Shown: piece by piece, positions 9,789 to 17,733 of the stretch
How the letters are laid out: every line of letters starts with the position of its first letter
Position numbering within the stretch: the stretch's first letter is position 1
NCBI RefSeq assembly: GCF_020885515.1
Contig: NZ_AP024987.1
Span: forward strand, 300,001 to 332,000
DNA: 32,000 nt
Direction: 5' to 3'
DNA from: a cyanobacterium endosymbiont of Braarudosphaera bigelowii
GTDB lineage: Bacteria; Cyanobacteriota; Cyanobacteriia; Cyanobacteriales; Microcystaceae
Made by a program: the position numbers and the translations under genes
Notes under the pieces: generated by a model
Database searches by the model: none
What the model saw: only the letters and a program-made list of their open reading frames with translations
Told to the model about the DNA's origin: nothing

Positions 9789-10218
9789 AACATAATTATA
9801 TTCGTATTCAGCTAAGTCATTAAATTAAGATGAAAAAGTTCAAAATAAATTTTATGTATTTAAAAATAATTGATATTACATAGTCGTTTGTAGAATCCTA
9901 AACTATGTAACATTAATTTTCTATGTAAAAGAATTTTTTTCTGTATTAAATTTTTTTAAGTTTATTCTATTTGCACCAAAATTATTTTGAAGAACTAAAG
10001 CCTATTATTATTTACGCGTTTTATGAGTAACATTAATAATATATTTAAACTTTCTATATATTTATAAAATTTATTAGGAATATAATTTGACCTTACTACA
10101 CTACGGCTTATTCAAAATAAATCATAAACTAACTAGAAATTACTTCAATCAAAAAATTCGAAATCTATTTAATTACTACATCAAAAACAAAAATACTAAT
10201 TAATTAAATCCAAGTAAA

Positions 10219-10237
10219 GCCCATATTTATAATGGGC
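10219..10237 (-). terminator. Candidate intrinsic terminator of ndk
   Basis: GC-rich 6-bp stem GCCCAT/ATGGGC with a 7-nt loop, about 50 nt after the ndk stop. It is followed on the minus strand by TTTACTT. Confidence 0.45.
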
Positions 10238-10285
10238 CTAATTACTAATTAGTTAATTTTAAATTAAAACTAAACAAAAGAAAAT

Positions 10286-10735
10286 TTATTCACATAACCA
10301 ACTTTTTAATGTGGGTTCCCAACTAACTAACTCTTTTTCATCAAACCAGAGATTTATTTCTGTTTCGGCAGTTATGATAGCATCAGAGCCGTGAATTAAA
10401 TTTCGACCTACACTTATACCAAAGTCTCCACGAATAGTCCCTGAATCAGCTTCTAAAGGATTCGTCGCTCCAATTATTTTTCTAGAAGATGTCACAACTC
10501 CTTCACCTTCCCATACCATTGCTACAACAGGAGAAGAGCATATAAACTCAACTAAATCTTTAAAGAAGGGACGTTCTTTGTGAATATTATAGTGTTCCTC
10601 GGCTAGCTCTTTACTAACTGACATTAATTTAAGTCCCAGCAAAGTGAATCCTTTAAGTTCAAAACGACTGATAACTTCACTAATCAATTTTCGTTGTACA
10701 CCATCAGGTTTAATCATAATAAATGTACGTTCCAT
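10286..10735 (-). CDS. ndk: Nucleoside diphosphate kinase
   Basis: [15 protein letters not shown]..., active-site NLIHGSD, 149 aa. AGGAG Shine-Dalgarno 7 nt upstream. Confidence 0.95.
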   Translation of the reverse strand: MERTFIMIKPDGVQRKLISEVISRFELKGFTLLGLKLMSVSKELAEEHYNIHKERPFFKDLVEFICSSPVVAMVWEGEGVVTSSRKIIGATNPLEADSGTIRGDFGISVGRNLIHGSDAIITAETEINLWFDEKELVSWEPTLKSWLCE

Positions 10736-11163
10736 TCACTTACTCCTTTAAATTAAATAAACATAATAATTGTTCTTTAAAATTCTATAGTACTATCTTA
10801 ATATTTAGGCATTTTTTATATAAATAGTAACTTTTTTAAAATTTCATAATTAATTAAATATACTAACCTTACTCAACAATAATTATATTAAAATTTATAT
10901 TGTTGAACTAATGTTATGTAAACTTTAGTTCGATTGGACAACTTATCTAGTATAGATTCAAGTTAACTATCATCTCAATTTTATTAGTACTTTCACTTTT
11001 ATCTTTATCAAGAAAAAATCTTTTAATTATATAACCACTATCATGTCAGTAATTGTAATAATAAGCCTTTAATTTTTGATTTTCTCTCAGAAAAAGTATG
11101 TATAGTTTTATCTTTGTATTGTTAAATTAATATATTTTTCTTAAGTAGAGCTATAAAATTTAA

Positions 11164-11205
11164 ATATGTATTTCTTCGTATATAATATGTATTTCTTTCT
11201 ATATA
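11164..11205 (+). repeat. Tandem 21-bp direct repeat (2 copies, 19/21 identical) in the SBP promoter/leader
   Basis: ATATGTATTTCTTCGTATATA (11164-11184) / ATATGTATTTCTTTCTATATA (11185-11205), ending 37 bp upstream of the ATG at 11242. Confidence 0.8.
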
Positions 11206-11241
11206 TTGTAATAATGTTTATAGCTCTATTAATTATTAACA

Positions 11242-12531
11242 ATGCGTAAGTTTTTTAATTTAAATATAGTTATATTTTTTGGATTATGTGGACTATCTAT
11301 GAGTTGGATTGCTGGTTGTAGTTATAATAGTGTTCCTGTAACTACTGAAGAGTTGGAATTTTGGACAATGCAACTACAACCAAAATTTACTTCATATGTC
11401 ACTAAACTAATCGAAGAATTTGAGCAAGAACATGAAAATATAACAATTCGTTGGACTGATATTCCTTGGGAAGCGATGGAAAATAAAATTTTGACGGCAG
11501 TTTTATCAAATACCGCTCCAGATGTTGTTAATCTTAACTCTAATTTTGCTGCTAAACTGGCTAACCGTAACGTTTGGTTAGATTTTAATCAACATATCTT
11601 TCAAAAAATTAAAAAAAATTATCTCCCAAATATTCAAGATTCCAGTAGTATAGGCGATTCTACTTTCGGGTTACCATGGTATTTAACTACTCAGATTACT
11701 TTATATAATAAAAATTTATTTAAACAAGCCGATATAACTAACCCACCAAAAACTTTTGATGAATTAATAAGTGTTGCAATCAAGATAAAAAAGAAAACTG
11801 GAAAATATGCTACATTCTTTACTTTTGTGCCTGGAGATTCTGGAGAAATTTTAGAATCTTTAGTTAAGATGGGGGTTACATTAATTGATGATCAAGGTCA
11901 AGCAGGGTTTAATACACCTGAAGGAATGAAAGCTTTTCAATACTGGGTTCTTCTATATAAGCAAGGTTTATTACCTCCAGAAGTTTTAACACAAGGACAT
12001 AGACATGCTCTTGAGTTATATCAATCTGGAGAAATTGCATTACTGTCAACGGGTGTCGAATCATTTTCAATGATTAAAAAGAATGCTCCTACTATTGCGC
12101 AAGTATCTGTTTCTGCTCCACAGATTACTGGTGATACAGGAAAGAAAAATGTTGCAGTTATGAATTTGTTTATTCCTAATAGTACTAAAAAAACAGAGGA
12201 AGCAATAAAATTTGCAGAATTTGTAACTAGTACTAGTAATCAATTAGTCTTTGCAAGACAAGCTAATGTTTTACCTTCAACTATAGATGGTATAAAAACT
12301 TATATATATGAACAAAAACAATTAAACTACTCAACTCCTTTATCTGATGCGATTACCGTAAGTGCAATGCAATTAAAGAATACAGAGACTTTAATACCTA
12401 TACAAGAGAATATTAACCAATTGCAAAAAATTATTTATGAGAATTTGCAATATGCTATGTTAGAGAAAAAATCTGTTAAACAAGCATTATCTGATGCTGC
12501 TGAAACGTGGAACAACTTTATTGCTGAATAA
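11242..12531 (+). CDS. ABC transporter substrate-binding lipoprotein (family 1, sugar-type)
   Basis: Signal peptide with lipobox IAGC. Family 1 SBP features: WTMQL..., PDVVNLNS, GLPWYLTT. No permease or ATPase gene is adjacent. Confidence 0.8.
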   Translation: MRKFFNLNIVIFFGLCGLSMSWIAGCSYNSVPVTTEELEFWTMQLQPKFTSYVTKLIEEFEQEHENITIRWTDIPWEAMENKILTAVLSNTAPDVVNLNSNFAAKLANRNVWLDFNQHIFQKIKKNYLPNIQDSSSIGDSTFGLPWYLTTQITLYNKNLFKQADITNPPKTFDELISVAIKIKKKTGKYATFFTFVPGDSGEILESLVKMGVTLIDDQGQAGFNTPEGMKAFQYWVLLYKQGLLPPEVLTQGHRHALELYQSGEIALLSTGVESFSMIKKNAPTIAQVSVSAPQITGDTGKKNVAVMNLFIPNSTKKTEEAIKFAEFVTSTSNQLVFARQANVLPSTIDGIKTYIYEQKQLNYSTPLSDAITVSAMQLKNTETLIPIQENINQLQKIIYENLQYAMLEKKSVKQALSDAAETWNNFIAE

Positions 12532-12589
12532 TAGTAAGAGATTATCATAAAATGCAATTAACTTAAAAATTTAAATTATGTATATATTT

Positions 12590-12618
12590 TTTAAATATGG
12601 ATAATTATCATTTATAAT
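12590..12618 (+). promoter_or_regulatory. Candidate promoter of the tRNA-Arg gene
   Basis: Consensus TATAAT at 12613-12618, 14 nt before the mature tRNA 5' end. A weak -35 (TTTAAA, 12590-12595) sits at 17-bp spacing. Confidence 0.3.
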
Positions 12619-12632
12619 ATGATGTTAATGAT

Positions 12633-12961
12633 GGGGCTATAGCTCAGTTGGATAGAGCAAGCGCCTCCTGAAGTTCGGGCATTCTGAGTGGAAACTTCAG
12701 AAATGAATGTAGTCAAATTCAAGGAAACCTAAGTCTCCATTGAGATACGGCAATCTTGAGCCAAGCTCTAAAACCCTTTTTAGAGAAGGTGCAGAGACTG
12801 GTTATCAGTATTTAGGGAAAAGTTGTTTTAAATAAGCTGATAACATTACGGCTACCACCTAAGGATAAAATAATATCTAGGGTGAAGGAATAGTCCAGAG
12901 AGTAAGGAAACTTACACGAATCTGAAGCGCTAGGTCGCTGGTTCGAATCCAGCTAGTCCCG
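12633..12961 (+). tRNA. tRNA-Arg(CCU) interrupted by a group I intron (exons 12633-12669 and 12925-12961)
   Basis: The joined exons give a 74-nt cloverleaf. Acceptor GGGGCTA/TAGTCCC (one G-U pair), D arm GCTC-AGTTGGATA-GAGC with A20, anticodon stem AGCGC/GCGCT, loop CU-CCU-AA, T arm GCTGG-TTCGAAT-CCAGC, discriminator G. CCA is not encoded. Confidence 0.85.
12670..12924 (+). ncRNA. Group I self-splicing intron, IC3 subgroup (Azoarcus tRNA-Ile / Anabaena tRNA-Leu type), 255 nt, no ORF
   Basis: Inserted after U36, so the 5' exon ends in U, and the intron ends in G (omega-G, 12924). P1 is CCUGA/UCGGG with U-G at the splice site. P2 12680-12688/12695-12705. P3 GUAGUC/GGCUAC (12709-14/12850-55). 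P4 UUCAAGG/UCUUGAG. P5 GUCUC/GAGAU. P6 CUCUAAAA/UUUUAGAG. P7 GACUG/UAGUC. P9 GUAAG-GAAA-CUUAC. Blocks AAAUUC..GGAAACCUAAG, GGCAAUCUUGAGCCAAGC, GAAGGUGCAGAGACU and GGUGAAGGAAUAGUCCAG match the Azoarcus and Anabaena introns as I recall them. Confidence 0.85.
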
Positions 12962-13079
12962 TTAATATATTATAAATTCTATAGTCTCATATGACTTAAT
13001 GCATAACTTATGATTCTGTTTTTATTTATTTCATAAAACTTAAAAAATAACTCAATTTATTTTAGGATCTACTTATAGC

Positions 13080-13532
13080 ATGACTTGTTTATATAATAGG
13101 CCTCATTTTTATTTATTAGAAATTAGTTTATTTTTATGCTTAACGACTACTGTTTATGCTCAGGAACAACAACGTATTTATAATCCCATTCCATTAGAAT
13201 ATCACTCGGAAATGTATGATCGTCTATCTGATCAGGATATTCCCACAGGGGAAGGAGGCTTTGCTAAAGACTATTGGGTAAAGCTTGAAAAGGGAGATCA
13301 AGTGGCAGTTGATCTCATGTCTGATGAATTTGATAGTGTTGTATTGTTACTTGGAGCTGATGGAACGACAATAGCGGAAAATGATGACGGTCCCGATGGT
13401 AGTACTAATTCTCTTCTATTTTCTCGTATTACGGAGAGTGGCCGATATATTATTCGTGTTCATGCTTTTGGAGAGACAGGTAGCGGAAATTTTAGATTAA
13501 AAGTTACTAGATTACGTCCTATTGGCCACTAA
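13080..13532 (+). CDS. Secreted protein with a pre-peptidase C-terminal (PPC)-like domain
   Basis: N-terminal signal-like hydrophobic segment. PPC-like pattern DYWVKLEKGDQVAVDLMSDEFDSVVLLLGADG...SGRYIIRVHAF...GNFRLKV. Confidence 0.6.
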   Translation: MTCLYNRPHFYLLEISLFLCLTTTVYAQEQQRIYNPIPLEYHSEMYDRLSDQDIPTGEGGFAKDYWVKLEKGDQVAVDLMSDEFDSVVLLLGADGTTIAENDDGPDGSTNSLLFSRITESGRYIIRVHAFGETGSGNFRLKVTRLRPIGH

Positions 13533-14274
13533 AATTTAGAACCAATACGCATAATATTAATGATTCTGTCCATTCTACTACCGCACCGTAGGTATCTCCT
13601 GTATAGCCTCCAAACTGTTTGTTGAAAAAAGAACTTACCCCAATAGAAATAACAATACCAGTCATAACAATAATTATTCCTAACAATTCTTGATGTGAGG
13701 TGAACACTATCCAAAGTATATTTGTTATTAACAAACTTAATATTCCAAATAACAAATCTTTAGGATAGTTGATATACTGTTTATGAAAAAAACCTTTCCC
13801 AACCTTTTTTAAATAAGGGTAAAAACTTATTGAAAAGACCTGTGCCCATCTGCCCCATCCATAGGTAACCATTAAAATCCATAAACGATAATTAGTAATA
13901 GCACTTAAAGCAACGATTTTTAAAAAAATCACCATTACTCCAGCAATTACTCCAAAAGCTCCAGCTGAGCTATCTTCCATTGCCATTAATCTCTTTTGAG
14001 GATCATTTAATCCCATACCATCAGCACTGTCAATAACCCCATCTAAATGTAATCCTCCAGTTATAAAAATACCTAAAAAGACTATTAAAGTACTTCTAAC
14101 TGTAATAGGAAATCCAATAAATGTTAATATATAATCTATTATTCCTAATATTATTCCAATTAAAAGCCCTACTACAGGAGACCAAGCTGCAATAGATTGA
14201 AAGCTTTTTTCCCAACTAGTTGGCAACGGAATGATGGTATAAAAAGTAATTGATCCCAGTAAAAACTTTAACAA
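13519..14274 (-). CDS. cobS: Adenosylcobinamide-GDP ribazoletransferase (cobalamin-5'-phosphate synthase)
   Basis: Polytopic 251-aa protein with the CobS signature GGLHLDGVIDSADG. TTG start at 14274. Its 3' end overlaps the convergent 13080-13532 gene by 14 bp. Confidence 0.85.
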   Translation of the reverse strand: MLKFLLGSITFYTIIPLPTSWEKSFQSIAAWSPVVGLLIGIILGIIDYILTFIGFPITVRSTLIVFLGIFITGGLHLDGVIDSADGMGLNDPQKRLMAMEDSSAGAFGVIAGVMVIFLKIVALSAITNYRLWILMVTYGWGRWAQVFSISFYPYLKKVGKGFFHKQYINYPKDLLFGILSLLITNILWIVFTSHQELLGIIIVMTGIVISIGVSSFFNKQFGGYTGDTYGAVVEWTESLILCVLVLNFSGQ

Positions 14275-14317
14275 AATATCAGATAGCTAATAACAGTACT
14301 TAATTTATTTTAAGTCT

Positions 14318-14362
14318 ATATCTTTAAAGATATTCAAATTAGTTTCAATATCTTTAAAGATA
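14318..14362. promoter_or_regulatory. Twin palindromic boxes upstream of cobS (candidate operator pair)
   Basis: ATATCTTTAAAGATAT (14318-14333) is a perfect 16-bp palindrome. ATATCTTTAAAGATA (14348-14362) repeats 15 bp of it exactly. Centres are exactly 30 bp apart, 45-90 bp upstream of the cobS start. Confidence 0.4.
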
Positions 14363-14383
14363 AATAGCACATTATTTTTAATG

Positions 14384-15271
14384 TCAATTTATTAGCCATA
14401 ATATTACAGGTAAAGTAAGAAAGCTAAAGATAGTAGTTAAAATAATTGTACGTACAATTTGATTTACTTCTCCTCCAAATTCTGTACTTAAAACAGCTGT
14501 GTTGATTGCTGTCGGCATTGCACTTTGTAAAATTAAAACTTGTAAATCTAAATCTTTTAGACCAATAATTCCTCCGACACATAAAGCTATAAAAGGAGCT
14601 AAAATTAATCGAAGATTTAATGATATTAACTCTAGACTAGTTATTTTAAATTTTGTGCTTCTTAATTCCATTCCTAATACTATAAGAGCAATAGGAATAG
14701 AAGATCTGCCAAGAAGATTCAATACTTCATATAAGTTGAAAGGAAGTTCTACATGTAGTATTCTTAGTATTATTCCTAATAACATTGCCCATACTAATGG
14801 CAGTTTAAAAATCATTTGTATACTATTTTTAAAACTAGTTCCGGCTAAAAGGGCTGGCATAATAACAAAAAGTAATATGCTTGACCCTATCATATAAATC
14901 ACAGCTCTTTCTAATCCAGCAGAACCTAATGCGAACTCTATTAGGGGTAGCCCCATATTTCCATTGTTTGGATGTAAGGTAGTGGCTATTAAACTTTTAT
15001 AAATTGCTGTTGAAATTTTAAAATAGTGTCTAAGCCAACTAACTAGTATATATAGTATTAAGGAAATTAAAAAAACCCCTAATAGCAATCGCAACATGCT
15101 ATTACTAGACATATTGGTAGTATATAAACTATCAGTAACTAATGCTGGAAATAAGATATAAACGATTAATTTAGATAATGTCGTCTTATGAAGATCTAAT
15201 TTTTTCCCTGCTGTAGCACCAATAATAACAATGAAAATAATAGGGAAAATGGCGGAAAAAAGAACAGTCAT
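14384..15271 (-). CDS. AEC (auxin efflux carrier) family transporter
   Basis: 295 aa with about 10 predicted TM helices and an AEC-like two-half architecture (N-terminus MTVLFSAIFPIIFIVIIGATAGK). Confidence 0.75.
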   Translation of the reverse strand: MTVLFSAIFPIIFIVIIGATAGKKLDLHKTTLSKLIVYILFPALVTDSLYTTNMSSNSMLRLLLGVFLISLILYILVSWLRHYFKISTAIYKSLIATTLHPNNGNMGLPLIEFALGSAGLERAVIYMIGSSILLFVIMPALLAGTSFKNSIQMIFKLPLVWAMLLGIILRILHVELPFNLYEVLNLLGRSSIPIALIVLGMELRSTKFKITSLELISLNLRLILAPFIALCVGGIIGLKDLDLQVLILQSAMPTAINTAVLSTEFGGEVNQIVRTIILTTIFSFLTLPVILWLIN

Positions 15272-15549
15272 TAGTAAAGTATAAATTACATAACATTAAC
15301 TGTACTAAAAAATAAATAGTCTCAATTAAAGAGTACTATAAGCTAATCAGTAATACCTAAGTTCTTTAAATAAAAGACTAAATTACTTTTAAGTTAGAAT
15401 TACATTAGTTAATGCTTATGATTAACAAGACTTATTAAATATATATTTGTAGATTTAATTCTTTAGCCTTCGTTATAACAGACAAAAAGTAGGCTTGATT
15501 ATCTTCTCCAAAACTTTATCTTTTCAACATAACAAAAATAAGTAATCTT

Positions 15550-16608
15550 TTAAAGTTCATCCCATCCACTAACTCCAGAAGACATAACATAACTAGTTAC
15601 TGTAGCTTCGAAAAAGTTTGCTTTGGTATGTCCATCTTTTTTGGTATCAGAAAATCTTTCTAGATGACTATAAGGACTTTTAGTATATTTTTCTCCAGTA
15701 TAAAGTGGTTCTAAACCTATAGAGCGTAATCTAATATTAGCTAAATATTTTGTATATTGTTCTGTACTGGATTCAGTGATGCCTAATATATTGTTACCAA
15801 TGATATGATTAGTCCATCGACATTCATGATTAACAGCTGTATCAAACATTTCATAGATTTGTTCAGTAGAATGAGGAAAAACTTTTCTCGCTTCAGGAAT
15901 AAGTTTTTGATATAGTCTTACGTGACTTAATTCATCTCTATTGATCATTTTAAAAATATCTGCGGATCCCGGCATTAACATTCTGGAAGCTAAATTATAA
16001 AAAAAAATAAATCCATTATAGAAATATAATCCCTCCAGTAAAAAGTCTGCCATTAGTGCTGTGAAATAGTTTTCTGCTGTAGGATTGTCAATATATTTTT
16101 GATATATTTTTGCAATGAATTCGCATCGACTTTTTAAAACTTTATCAACACGCCAAAATTCATACACTTGGTTCCTTCTGTCTGGAGGAACAATTGTTTC
16201 GATTATATATTGATAACTTTGATTGTGCATACCTTCTTGAGATATCTGTTCAGCCATACATAGACTAACTTCTGGAGCTGTAATGCTACTTTTGAGATGA
16301 GGAATATTACAGGTTTGAATAGAGTCTAAAAAGGTAAGGTATGATAGTATACCATCATAAGCATAACGCTCATCTTCGGTTAAATTAGAGTAGTCTGTCA
16401 CATCTTGAGTTATGTCTAACCTTTGAGGAATCCAGAAGTTTTCTCTCATTTGTTGATATAACCCAACTGCCCAAGAATATCGTACATCGTTTAGTTGCAT
16501 TAAATTAGTCGTATTTCCAAACCAGATAGCCCTGTTCTCAACGGCATCATCTCCTTCCGGATTGAAAATAGGATTAATTGACATTGTTGCTTGTTTATCT
16601 ATAATCAT
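15550..16608 (-). CDS. nrdB: Class I ribonucleotide reductase small (beta) subunit
   Basis: Di-iron and radical motifs: LDSIQ, EGMHNQSY (ExxH plus the radical Tyr), LEGLYFYNGF, DELSHV. C-terminal tail for alpha-subunit binding. No nrdA in the window. Confidence 0.9.
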   Translation of the reverse strand: MIIDKQATMSINPIFNPEGDDAVENRAIWFGNTTNLMQLNDVRYSWAVGLYQQMRENFWIPQRLDITQDVTDYSNLTEDERYAYDGILSYLTFLDSIQTCNIPHLKSSITAPEVSLCMAEQISQEGMHNQSYQYIIETIVPPDRRNQVYEFWRVDKVLKSRCEFIAKIYQKYIDNPTAENYFTALMADFLLEGLYFYNGFIFFYNLASRMLMPGSADIFKMINRDELSHVRLYQKLIPEARKVFPHSTEQIYEMFDTAVNHECRWTNHIIGNNILGITESSTEQYTKYLANIRLRSIGLEPLYTGEKYTKSPYSHLERFSDTKKDGHTKANFFEATVTSYVMSSGVSGWDEL

Positions 16609-16766
16609 TTCAATTACATAGTAAATTCTTATAAAATAATTATATATGATTTAAATATCTACTATTCAAGTTCTAATACTTACTTTTTAATCATTGAATT
16701 GTACTAATTGAGAATTGATTAGTTGCATAGTCTATCTGAATATAAATACAATAGTTATAATACAAA

Positions 16767-16817
16767 TTATATCTATCATATTATTTCTTTTTAATAGAAA
16801 TAATATGATAGATATAA
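16767..16817. repeat. Perfect 22-bp inverted repeat (hairpin, 7-nt loop) in the nrdB/M50 divergent spacer
   Basis: TTATATCTATCATATTATTTCT (16767-16788) / AGAAATAATATGATAGATATAA (16796-16817). Exact reverse complements. Confidence 0.9.
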
Positions 16818-16911
16818 ATAAGTATATAGACATAATAGCTAATATATTTATTCAATATATTCATTAATTGTTAGTTATCTTTTTTACAATAACAATAAAT
16901 AAATAACTTTT

Positions 16912-16951
16912 GATACTTAAAGTCATAGTACATACTATGGCTTTAAGTATC
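16912..16951. repeat. 19-bp imperfect palindrome (one T/G position) in the same spacer
   Basis: GATACTTAAAGTCATAGTA ca TACTATGGCTTTAAGTATC. Confidence 0.85.
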
Positions 16952-16966
16952 TTCTAGTCGATAGTA

Positions 16967-16989
16967 ATTTCAATTTCATAAATTGAAAT
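16967..16989. repeat. Perfect 10-bp hairpin, 3-nt loop
   Basis: ATTTCAATTT cat AAATTGAAAT. Confidence 0.7.
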
Positions 16990-17733
16990 ACTTAAGTATA
17001 ACTAGCTAAAATGGCTGAGAAATATATGCTGGCAAATATTCACAATTTTCTATTACTTCTAAAGATCTCTAATACTTGCTTCTGAATAAAGACAAATACA
17101 ATAAAACTGTTTTTCTAAAAATATTTACACAACAATTTAATACTTTCTAATTGACGAATCCGATATATATTATTCTGCAATCAATGGATATCTTTACGTA
17201 AATAGAACTCCTTCGTATCTTTATAAAGAAAGACGAACAAAGTTATTGCTAACTTATCTACATTGTATTATTAATAGTAATTTCTCTATTAAAAGCTATA
17301 GTTATAGTATTAGGTAATAAATATATTTCTTATTTTGAACAACTACTTCGCACCTAAAAACCTTTTGTTACTTTTACAATAATAGATACATTTCTCCACT
17401 ATGAGTTAAGAATATGTAGTCAATCCTCTATGCTGTTCTAAAAAAAAATAGTTATCACACCAATCAGAACAATCTATTAAAATATTACTAGATCTTTCTG
17501 ATCCAAGATATGATGTCCTACTTAGTAGTTTCTTGATTAAACGGAAAAACAAGCAATTTTTTTAGTAAAAGATAAGGTGATTTAAAATTTTGATCTCTTT
17601 AAAGCTCATCTATTTGTAAATTTTATTTACAATAAAGATCAGACATTATTATTTTATTACTTCTTAAATTAATAAAATTTATTTTCAAAAAAGTATTTAT
17701 TTAAAATTCTTCAATACAATCTATTTTTTAAAT

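Noticed and set aside
9789-11241. Small protein genes (photosystem, cytochrome or ribosomal micro-proteins) hidden in the ~500-bp spacers flanking ndk
   Set aside because: I translated the ATG-initiated small ORFs on both strands. All are 17 aa or shorter and unrecognisable, apart from the 27-aa uORF reported separately.
12668-12700. Alternative long P1 helix CUGAAGUU/AACUUCAG for the intron
   Set aside because: This 8-bp pairing would place the splice-site U opposite an A rather than the near-universal G. It also competes with a good P2. I prefer the short P1 CCUGA/UCGGG with a U-G pair, analogous to the Anabaena and Azoarcus introns. The long helix may be an alternative, non-catalytic fold.
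7370-13330. CUGAUGA...GAAA hammerhead-like strings at about 7376 and about 13316
   Set aside because: Both lie inside well-supported coding regions and lack the three-helix context. I treat them as chance matches.
14275-14383. Cobalamin riboswitch upstream of cobS
   Set aside because: The spacer is only 109 bp, too short for the roughly 200-nt aptamer, and lacks a B12-box. It contains the twin palindromes instead.
13529-14897. ORFs 13529-13714 (minus) and 14499-14897 (plus)
   Set aside because: The first is an alternative frame within cobS. The second is antisense within the AEC transporter. Both are composition artefacts of hydrophobic-protein genes.
16609-16900. NrdR boxes or a cobalamin riboswitch upstream of nrdB
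   Set aside because: I looked for tandem 16-bp acaCwAtATaTwGtgt-like palindromes and for a B12-box (GCCACTG or its complement) and found neither. The 22-bp inverted repeat arms are not themselves palindromic and do not resemble the NrdR consensus.
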